Shown piece after piece: positions 25,303 to 36,154 of a stretch of DNA of 64,000 nucleotides. How positions within the stretch are numbered: the stretch's first letter is position 1; each line of letters opens with the position of its first letter. The notes beneath the pieces were generated by a model, which was not told the origin of the DNA, did no database searches, and saw nothing but the letters and a program-made list of their open reading frames with translations. The DNA comes from Utricularia gibba (taxonomy: Eukaryota > Plantae > Magnoliophyta): contig CM007989.1 of assembly GCA_002189035.1 (NCBI GenBank), positions 6,386,001-6,450,000 of the forward strand. Reading direction: 5' to 3'. The translations under genes and the position numbers were made by a program.

Positions 25303-26509
25303 TCCCAAATAAATATATATGTGGTCTTGCTTTTTAAATTTAAATTTTTTATTTAACCTATTATGCAATTAAAATGGCATCAATAAGGAAAAAAGTCTAA
25401 GGTTAACAATTATTTATAATAATCATTACTATTTTTAAAAATTTAACCAATTCTTATTTATAAAAAATAATTTATAAGAATCAATTCAATTTTGTTAGAA
25501 ATTTGGGAGAGTAACTTTTATTAAGAATGCTTTCTTAAAATTGATTTTGAAATATAATTTTTTTCAAAGTCATTTTGAGATATAACTTTATAATTATAAA
25601 TATATTTTTTATAAAGAATTAAAAACATTATACTTATTTAAAATAAACTGTTGAAATATTTTTACTTTAAGCATTTTAAAAATATAAACTATATTATATA
25701 GATTTATATAATATTTTATAATATCAACTATTTATAAAATATGACTTTATAATTTATAAATTTATAAAATATCATTATTACAAATATAAGTAAATATATT
25801 ATTACTTATAAAAACCAATTTTTACACTCCAAATAAATCAATTATAGAATAATTATTCTTAAAAATAATTTAAATATTTTATCAATATTTTTAATTTTAT
25901 TAAAATTAATTTCGGGTTTTTTTTAAATATAAGCTAAATGTGGGCCTTCGTTAGATCCAGTCCACTAAACTGGGCCTCGATAAAGCTCATTGAATTTAGT
26001 AGAGATACTGAGATAATTGAGCGGGAGTAAATTTCAAAATAATGAATAATAAAATTCAATAATTTGCGAATTTAAAACATTAGATTCAGAAAACGGGTTT
26101 AGACAGGAGGGTGGTGAATGCTTGTCTCATTAATGGCGGTCTGACAAAAAATGTGCTAATGGGCTAGAGGTAGATTCATGCGCCTTGTGCAGAAAAATTT
26201 GAACTTCGTTTCTGGGTTTTTAAATCGAGGAATGTGAGTTATTGTTGACTGAGTATCCCTGTAAACGGTGGCTGGGTTTTGTTCATTTTGCTCCCCAGGT
26301 ACGATGACGATGACTACTCTGTTCGTCCTCGCAGCTTTTTTATGATAGTTTTTACTTCACTGTGGGTTAAGCAAAGTTATCATATTGTGAGGCGTGACCC
26401 ATTAAATTTGATGGGATTTAATGGGGAAATGTTTGTTGGGCGAGCTTCGGGTTGTGGTTTTAGAGATGAATATTGTGTAATGGAGGTGAAAATTTAACCG
26501 TGAATTAGG

Positions 26510-28282
26510 ATGGACAAGAAGTGGCATTAGAAGGGAAGATCCTCGGAGAGAAGTTCATTTGACAACGGCAGCTCAGGGTCATCGCCTGTACATTCCAACA
26601 AGGATTGTGATGACCAGGTTAGCTCTCCCTATTGAGAACCTAAGAATTAAATAGGTCATTGTTTCGAAACTGTGATTCAGCGGTAGTAGAGTTTTTGTTG
26701 TTGTTTTTCTTTGTACTCTATGAGAAATTAGGATGAACAATATGGTGGCTGCAGCAGGAACCGTTTTTTCCGGAAGATAGAATGAGAAAAACTACAAAAG
26801 TTCTTCAAGAAAAGCTATCAGCTGCTCTGGTTAATGCTAATGCTAAAGAGGAACTGGTGAAGCAACATGCCAAAGTTGCTGAAGAGGTCATAGCTGGTGA
26901 TGCATTTCTGTCTGCAACTCAAATATGTTTTTTCTCAAAAAATATTTCGGGGATGAGACTGAAACCGTTTTTTGTATCGTAGGTTGGGAAGCTGCGGAAA
27001 ACCAAGTATCAAGTTTGAAGTTGCAGCTTGATGCAGCTGTAGAGCAAAACATGAATCTGGAATTCAGAGTCACTCATCATGATGCTGCCTTAAGGGAATG
27101 TGTGGCACAACATAGACAAGCGACAGCCAATGCTTGTTGTGATCCCAAATCCTGCCTCACTTTGCGAAGAGAGAACCTGTTTCTGAAAGAAGAGCTTGTT
27201 TCCAGAAGTAAGGACTTACAAGTTATTATATATGAGAGGGATCTAAGCATACAAGCAGCAGAAACTGCAAGGAAGCTGCAATTGGAAGCCATTAAAAAGG
27301 TCGCTAAGCTTGAGGCTAAAGTCCGAAGATTGCAGATTCTTAGTAGCAAACGATCAACTTCAAACGACAATAAGAGCGTAAATGCTGCCTACTTTTATGC
27401 TGATTCTTTTACAGATAGTCACTTGGATTGTGGGGAGGGGCAAGCACGATTGATACTGAAACTCTAGTGACTAGTAATATGGAACTGAACGTGTTGGATC
27501 AGAAATCTGCCAGCATGTGGGCTTCAACATTAATTACAGAGTTGGATCAATTCAAGAACGAGAAGCCTTCCATTGGAAGTATAAGAGCACATCCAATAGG
27601 AATCAATATAATGGATGATTTTCTTGAGATGGAGCGACTCGTAGGCTTACCTGACACTAAGAGCAACACACCGAATTTATCTTCATCTGGATCTCCCTGT
27701 GGAGAATCTGTTTCAATAGATAATCCCTCACTTGCCAACTCTGATGCAGCTTTTTGGAGAGTAATTGAACTGGAAAAGTTGGAGAATGTAGAAATGGAGA
27801 GAACACAGCTTGAGACAGATTTGTTTGAAACCCATGTTTCCTTGGATGAAGCCAAATCAACGTTACAAGATCTGCAAAATGCAGCATCTACAGAATCTCT
27901 ATCTCAGGTACTTGAAACAGAGCACGAAGCAGGGATAATATTAGGAAATGATGTGGAGAAGATAGAGAATGACAAGGAACAGAAGTCATCAATGAAGATT
28001 ATGGTTGGAGCACTAGATGAAGATGAACCACGACCAGCAACCAAAGTTGAGGAATCGGTGACTCATAAAACTGCTGCTGATAAGCTTGCAGAATGTCAAA
28101 AGACAATCGCTTCTCTTGGAAGACAACTTAAGTCTCTAGCAACTCTTGAAGATTTCTTGGTTGACACTTCGAACATATCAGGATTCTCCAGAAGCCAATC
28201 CATCTTAGCAACAAGTATAGCAAGTGATAAGAGTGGGAACCAGGAGAATAGCTATGAGCTAGCAAACCGTGTAACAAGTTGA
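26510..28282 (+). pseudogene. FPP: Filament-like plant protein (FPP/VETH, DUF869), apparently disabled
   Basis: Family motifs LQEKLSAAL..AKEELVKQHAKVAEE|GWE, ERDLSIQAAETA.KLQLEAIKKVAKLEA, WASTLITELDQFKNEK, INIMDDFLEMERLVGLP, KLAECQKTIASLGRQLKSLATLEDF. In-frame TAG at codon 7 (26528-26530) and a frame change at ~27435-27441. Confidence 0.72.
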
Positions 28283-29055
28283 ATACATTGAATTCTTTAC
28301 ATCATTGTGGAAGGGATATGCAAGTTCGATTCACAAAAGTAGAATATGGTAACTTCAAATTTGTTTCTTACATGATCACCATGCTGAAATGAACTGCATT
28401 AAAGATACAATTAACTTCTTTTGGTAGATCCTGTTTTGAATTCATGAAGCGTAGAGGCATGCATCTTGCTCAGATTGCTTTTTGCATCTTACATTTAAAG
28501 TGTAAATTGCAGCATCATTATATCAGTGTTTTAGCCGTCCCCTGTTTCAAGAATTACTCAAGGAAAACATAAAACAAGCTGTACTGAAAACACTGCCTCA
28601 AATGAAGATATCAACAAATTTTCATAGGGGAGCTGCGATGAGTGTTCAATGTTGCAGGGAATCAAGTTCATCTTTTTACAGAAGCATTTATCACCTTTTT
28701 CCCTTGATAAAAACATCTCCACTGGGATGCCTGCTGAACTTCTATCAATCAATAATATTAGAGATTTCAATGAGCTTGTGTGATGGTTCTTTCATAGGGG
28801 CCCATTTCTTGTTCAATACTGTTTTTATGTCGGCTATTTCATGTTCATTGCTTATCCTCATGAAGCAGATCTCGACCGACTGATGGGGCGTAAATCTCAT
28901 CAGATTCATCTTCTATGGATAAGCAGAGATGAACCTCTTTAGCTAATGAAAAAGCACTTGTTTTCCATCTAAGATGAAAATTCGTACTCATTGTTATTAA
29001 ATCAAAGCCTTTGAACTAAGGATTCTGCACATTGTTATTTATGTAAGGCTAGAAG

Positions 29056-29855
29056 TTAGGCCAAGAGCCAGAAGTTCTTATGCCATCTGGTGCTAACGAG
29101 GTATCCACCGACACTACTGCTCTGCTTCCTCACTCCAATTGTTAAGCAATCGAATTTGTTGATGCACTGCTCGACAAAGTCATCCGCACTGCTCTTCAAG
29201 CACAAGCTGCCAAAGAAACAAACCAAAAGGATGTTGGCTTGAAAATTTGGGCTTTGGGAGTGAGCTCAATTCAAAGCATCAAATACTAACCATTTTAGGA
29301 AGAAAGAAGACTTCTTCTGACGCAAAACCAGCACCTTCACTTCCAGCTTCTTCACTTGGCTGATAACAGTAGCCATTTTTTGTCCTTGAATTACAAGTGC
29401 TTCCACTTCAACCTGCAAAAGTGTCTCATTTTTCAACCTCTACAAACAGGGCACAAGTAACACACTTGCAGCGTCAGATCCTTCTACAAGAGACCCAAAG
29501 TTAACCGAAAAACAGGACTGACCTCAGGCTTACAGGTCTTACAGAGTGAGCATAGCGAAGTAGCAAGCTGAGACGAAGACGAATCCTCAGAAGCAGAGAT
29601 GATCTGAAGAAGTGTCAAAATATCACCCCTTGTAGCAACATGAGTGAGAGCCCACATCATGGCTTGCTTAGAATGTGAAGACTGATCCACCAACACCATT
29701 ACTCTTTTCTTTGTCAGAAAACCAGTACTTCTATAGCTCCCATACATCTCCTTCATCCCTTCAAGAGTAGCACCACATTTTCCATCCTTATCCCATCTCC
29801 TGGATGCTGATTTCCATCTTTGGTTGTTGCTCAGTTGCCTTAGCAGTGAACCCAT
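29056..29855 (-). CDS. Universal stress protein A-like (adenine nucleotide alpha-hydrolase fold), 3 exons
   Basis: KRVMVLVDQSSHSKQAMMWALTHV..GDILTLLQII; exon 2 VEALVIQG..VISQVKKLEVKVLVL; family-typical end FVEQCINKFDCLTIGVRKQSSSVGGYLVSTRWHKNFWLLA*. Confidence 0.88.
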
Positions 29856-30030
29856 TTTCCCCCACCACCTGAGTTCTTTCTCCCTCTGCTCATCAGTTCA
29901 TTTGCACTACGGCGTATTTAAGCATGTCGCACCTCCTCTGAGTGATGATTCGGAAGATAGAGACAAAAAAATATCGGGCGCTACAAGAATGAAAAAAAAA
30001 ACAGGCTCCTTTCAAACGCAATTACAGATT

Positions 30031-30033
<3 letters not shown>

Positions 30034-30103
<70 letters not shown>
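30034..30103 (+). repeat. (GA)35 microsatellite upstream of the USP gene
   Basis: Read directly from the sequence. Confidence 0.95.
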
Positions 30104-30106
<3 letters not shown>

Positions 30107-30150
30107 GGATTACTTAAACACAACCCAACGGGATTACTTAAACACAACCC
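30103..30150 (+). repeat. Perfect 24-bp tandem duplication
   Basis: AACGGGATTACTTAAACACAACCC twice, abutting the GA tract. Confidence 0.9.
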
Positions 30151-30600
30151 AACTTTTTTATTTACTTTGCAACCCACATGGATGAAAAAATCGAGGAACT
30201 CAGTTAGAATTACTTAAACACTCAACCTCTTGAATAATCCTCCCAAGTTAGGCAAACATTCTTTTAAAAATGGGATTACATTTTAAACCATCACAAGCCT
30301 TGGAATCCGTGTGCACACGTGAAAGTAGCAGAGCAGAGAACGGGAATCCGCATTGATGTTGTATTGTATCTCTTGCATGTAGCATGGCAAATGGACCCAA
30401 AGTTTCATGTAGTTTTTTTAGGAGCTTTCGATTCGGAGTACAGATTTAAAAAAAAAAAAAGTGGCGCCCTCTACTCTATCATTGCTACGTTGAAGGTGTT
30501 GCCAATTGCTGTGGGAAACTTAAGATAAGAGACTTTTGTCTGGTTTTCTCATCAGGACCAACGAGAAAAATGACAGGAACAAAAAGCCTTCTACCTTTAC

Positions 30601-30888
30601 GAAGCATCTCAGTGAACCCATACCCGTAATATGCTGCCGAGCAAGTGTAGACAGCTCGAAGTTCAAAGCAGAAGCCTAGTCACCGGAAAGCCACCACAAT
30701 CTATTCTGGGGCACGAAAGATCATGTGAAATGAACCAAATTCCTGAGAGTGCATCATCTGATGGCGCAACGCAGCTAAAAATAACATTCTTCAAATGCTT
30801 ATTCAAGATCTTGTCTCTCTATCCCGATTATGTTTACCCAGTAAATTTTGAAATATGAGCATTTGTCTCCATCCAAATTTGAGAGATG
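30601..30888 (+). repeat. Direct repeat copy 1 (~290 bp)
   Basis: Aligns to 34211-34492 from GAAGCATCTCAGTGAACCC to CCAAATTTGAGAGATG, about 90% identical by eye, with two 3-nt indels. Confidence 0.92.
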
Positions 30889-31124
30889 ACTAATTTGAGG
30901 ATATTCCTATATTTATTCTCGCAATTGATTTAAAAATAAAGATTCAATTTTCAAATCACCCCACCAAACCCATTTCAGAATGGAGTAGATGTTGATTCAG
31001 ATGCTCATCAAAACTCGATTACCTGAACTACTTCTCCCTCATACTAACCAATAGGATTCGATAGTGGCCTTTAAAAGGGTATCTAGACCACAAGATACCA
31101 ATGGGGTTGGTGGCTACCCCGCCC

Positions 31125-34100
31125 AAACCACACCTTCCAACATGGCCAGCCCGCAACATCTAATCGGATCCAGCCCACACCTACAACCGGCCCAAATCAC
31201 ATCTTCTAACCGGCTCAACACACACCTTCAAATCGGCCCCGCCCACACCCTCTAATCAACCCAGCCCAAACCATTTACCGGATCCAATCAACACCTTCTA
31301 CCCAGCCCAACCCATACCTTCTGACAGGCTTAAGCCACACCATCTACCAGGATCCAGCTCACACATACAATCGGCCCAACCCAAACCTACAATCGGCCCA
31401 ACCCACACCTACAACCCGGCCCAACCCACACGTTCTAACCGGCACAACACACACCTTTTATCTGGGCCAGCCCACACATTCTAACCGGACCAAGCCCACA
31501 CCAACAACCGACCCAACCCAAACCTTATAACCGGCCCATTCCACAACATCTAACCAAATCCAGCCCACACCTACAACCGGCCCAACCCACACCTTCTAAC
31601 CGGTTGAGTTCATACGACCAGCCCAACCCATACCTTCTACAACCAGCCCAATCCAGACCTACAATCGACCCAACCCATACCTTATAACCGGCCCAAACCA
31701 CACCATTTAACCGATCCAGCCACACCCACAACCAGCCCAACCCACACCTACAACCAGCCCAGCTCACACCTTCAAAAAGGCCCACTCCACACCATCAAAA
31801 AAGATCCAGCCCACACCTACAACCGGCCCAATCCATGCCTACAACCGGCTCAACCCACATCTTCTAACAAGCTCGACCCACACCTAAAACCGGATCCAGC
31901 CCAACCCACCTACAAACCGGCCCAAAAAAACAGCTTCTGACCGGCCCACTCTACACCATCTAACCGGATCCAGCCCACACCTACAACCGGCACAACCCAC
32001 ACCTTCTAACCGACCCAACCCACACCTTCTAACCGGCTGAGCTCACACGACCAGCCCAACCCACACCTACAACCAGCTCAACCCAAAACTTCTACAACCG
32101 GCCCAATCCACACTAAAACCAGACCAACCCACAACTACAACCAGCCCAGCCCACACCTACTACTAGGGCCACTTCACACCATCCAACCAGATTCAGACAC
32201 ACCTAAAACCGGCCCAAACCACACATTCTATACGACACAACCCACACCTTTCAACCGACCAACCAACATCTTCTAATCGGCCCAACCCACACATACTACC
32301 GGCCCAACCCACACCTTCTACAACCGACCCAATACACACCAACAACCGACTCAACCCACACCTTATAACCAGCCCAGCCCACACCATTTACCAGATCCAG
32401 CCACACATAACACCAGCCCAACCCACACCTACAACCAGCTCAGCCCACACCTTCTAATAGGCCCACTCCATACCATCTAACAAGATCCAGCCCACACCTA
32501 CAACCGGCTCAACCCACACCTTCTAACCGACTCAACCGATACCTTCTAACCGACCCAGCCCACACCATCTAACCAGATCCAGCTCGCACCTACGACCGGC
32601 CCAACCCACACCTTTTAACCGACCCAACACACACCTTCTAACCGGCCCAACTCACACTTACACTTACAACCGGCCCAACCCACACCTTCTACCCGACCCA
32701 GCCCACATCTTCCAACTGATCCAACCCACACCTTCCAACCAACCCAGCACACTCCTTCTAACAGGCCAAGCCCACACCTTCTAACCGAATCAAGCCCAAA
32801 TCATCTAACCGGATCCAGCACACACCTACAATCGGCCCAATAAAAGCCTACAACCGGCCCAACCCAACACGAAAATCTTTGAAATATTCTGAATCATTCA
32901 TGAACATCACCAATAAAAAAAAGAAAAACATGTTGATTCGGCATTTTCTCGTGGGGTCAAATAAAGAAGAATGTCGGCCCAACCGACACCTTCTAACCGA
33001 CCAAGCCCACACCATCTCCGAATCCAGCCCAAACCTACAACCGGCCCAGCCCACCCCTACAACCGGCCCAACCGATATCTTCTAACCGGCCAAGCCCACA
33101 CCATCTCCGGATCCAGCCCACACGTACAACTGGATCCAACCCACACCTACAAACCAGCCTAACCCACACAAACTAACAGGCTCAGTCCACACCTACAACC
33201 GGCCAACCCACCTTCTAACTGGCCCACGCCCAAACCTTCTAACCGGCCAAGCCCACACCATCTACCGGATCCAGCCCAAGTATACACCCGGATCCAGCCC
33301 ACACCTACAAACAGCCCAACCCACACCTACAACTCGGCCCAACGCACACATTCTAACCGGCCCATTCCACACCTTCTAACCGGATCCAGACCACACCTAC
33401 AACCAGCTCAACCCACACCTTCTATAACCGGCCCAGTCCACACCTACAACCGACCCAGCCCACACCTTCTAACCGGATCAGCCCACACCATTTACCAGAT
33501 CCAGACCACACATACAACCAGCCCAACCCACACCTACGACCAGCCCAACCCACACCTTCTAAGAGGCCCAGTCCACACCATCTAACCGGATCCAGCTCAC
33601 ACCTACAACCGGCCCTACCCATACTTTCTAACCGACCCAGCCCACATCTTCTAACTGACCCAACCGACACCTTCTAACCGGTCAAGCCCACACCAGCTAC
33701 CGGATCCCGCCCACACCTACAACCAGCCCAACTCACACCTACAACCGGCCCAACCCACACTTTGTAACCGGCCAAGCCCACACCATCTACCGGATCCAGC
33801 TCACACTTACAATCAGCCCAACCTACAGCTACAACCCGGCTCAACTCACACCTTCTAACAGGCTCAGTCCACACCATTTAACAGGATGCAACCCACACCT
33901 ACAACCAGCCCATCCCACACCTATAACCCCGGCCCAACCCAAACCTACACTACGGACCAGCCCACACCTCCAATCCGGCCCATTCCACACCATCTAATCG
34001 TCCCCGCCCACACCATGTACCGGATCCAGCCCACACCTACAACCGGCACAACCCACACCTCCAATCCGGCCCATTCTACACCTTTTTTCCGGCTGAGCCC

Positions 34101-34210
34101 ACACCATGCACCGGATCCAGTCCACACCTTCAACCAGCCCAGCTCACACCTTCTACCCGACCCAACCCACCCCTACAGCCGACCCAGCCTACACCTTTTA
34201 ACCGGCCCAC
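31125..34210 (+). repeat. C/A-rich degenerate minisatellite array (~21-23-bp units, consensus AACCGGCCCAACCCACACCTTCT / ...CCTAC)
   Basis: Continuous variants of the unit, a recurring higher-order block CCATCTAACCGGATCCAGCCCACACCTAC, and one unique AT-rich interruption at ~32865-32970. Confidence 0.93.
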
Positions 34211-34492
34211 GAAGCATCTCAGTGAACCCATACCCGTAATATGCTGCCGAGCAAGTGTAAGCTGGAAGTTCAAAGCAGAAGCCCAGTCACTGGAAAGCCA
34301 CAATTTATTCTGGGGCATGAAAGACCATGTGAAATGAACCAAATTCCACATAGTGCTTCATCTGGTGGCGCAAGGCAGCTTAAAAGAACATTCTTCAAAT
34401 GCTTGTTCAAGATGTTGTCTCTCTTTCCGGATTTTGTTTACCCGGTAAATTTTGAAATATGACCATCTGTCTCCATCCAAATTTGAGAGATG
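34211..34492 (+). repeat. Direct repeat copy 2
   Basis: See copy 1. It directly abuts the end of the array. Confidence 0.92.
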
Positions 34493-36154
34493 CCTATATA
34501 TCGAATTGACCCTTGTTTAACGTCCCTCTGCTAATCATTCTTGGAATCTTAGTTTTAATCAATTAAATTCCTTAATATTTTAAGTATAATTTTTTTTATA
34601 TAAAAAACAGAAAAATACATATGATAATCTTGAGATATTTAACAAGATAACCAACTGTCAAAAAGGTAATTAGAAAATGCTTAACTTTACAAAGTTCATT
34701 TATAAACAGCTATCTTTTTCTTTATTAATTCATGAGAAATCATTTTTTCAAATATAACCTCAAATTTTTTATTTTCATAAAAAGATATATACTAATATCA
34801 TAAGAATCACTCTTGGCATCCAATATGTGTATATATTAAATGTTTCTCACATTTAGAAATCAATTGATATCTTTTTATTAAATAAATTATTTCGTATGTA
34901 CTTCAATTTCTTTCACATCTTGAAAAAGAAAAGACATGATAAAACAATTTTAATGATATTTCTTGAATTATTAGAATTTTTCTACCATAACTTATCCATA
35001 ATTAGATTGATGATAACTTTGATTTTGTTAAAATAGAATCTAATTTACCAAAATCTCCTAAAAATCTATAAATTTTACAAGCTCACCTTTTTCAAAAATT
35101 AAATAATCTATATTATTGAAAAAACATATGAAAAACACATCAACAAGTATATCAATATTTTCATAAACTTCTAGTGATATCAAGTGAGGATGTTCTTTTT
35201 TGTATTATGGTGATGCAATCCTACAAGAAATAAGTTGCAAGTTTATGACTAAACATCAAGTAAATAATAAAAATAATTTGCATATCTTGGGTTTAAAGTA
35301 TGGTCAACAATGTATGCTTTAGTCAAACTTTGTTTCTTTATACACAACAAAAAATTATGTATAGTGTTCTATAATATATTCTTATCATTACTAAAAGATA
35401 TAAATAGTTTTTCCAATATTATAAATCATCAACCCATATATAATAAATCAAATGAAGACATGATGCATTTGTATCAGAATCTTTATATCTTAGATGAATA
35501 CCATTGGTAATGAAGTTCATAAAAATAAAAAATAAACAAAAATAATGAAACAAACAAGGTAAAACTTTTATATTTTTATTTATATCACTTTTATGTTTAT
35601 TAGAGTTTATAAAAAAATTCCAATCAATTAATTAGAGTTTATATATTAAAAAATTATTAAAACTAAAAAACAGAGGATACTCATCCGATACTCTTAAAGT
35701 TAGGGTATTTTAACAAACTGTTTTGTTGTTTTGACTTAATAACATTAATAATGAAATTGACAAATATTAATAATTAAATAATTAAAATAAAAATGTTTAT
35801 ATCCTAAATGGATTTAATAATAATTAAAATAACGGATAAGAAAAATAATTAACAATAATAAAAATTAAAAGTTTTATATGTTGATTTTATACTATTTATA
35901 AATATTTAAATTCAAGTATTTTTAATTTCTAAATATGATTTATAATTCGAGCTTGAAATATCAATGTAAATATCTAATGTAAAAAATATATTATTTTATT
36001 GGATTTTTTTTAATGCTTCATATTAATCTAATATTTCAAAACGAAGGAAAAATAGGTATCTTATGGTCAAAATTGCATGCCGTCCGTACGGGTTTTGCTT
36101 ACAGCACTGGGCTATGTACGCGCCATTGACCACCAGTAACCTCAGCACTTGAAA

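Noticed and set aside
31125-34210. CRISPR-like or telomeric interpretation of the array
   Set aside because: No unique spacers between conserved repeats, no cas genes, eukaryotic context, and no TTTAGGG units.
31064-34239. Pro/Thr-rich and Gly/Trp-rich ORFs in the array (extensin-like appearance)
   Set aside because: Unit lengths are not multiples of 3, stops are frequent, and there is no signal peptide; these are translations of the minisatellite.
36075-36110. CCGTCCGTACGG as a Helitron 3' hairpin
   Set aside because: The stem is too short and no terminal CTRR follows.
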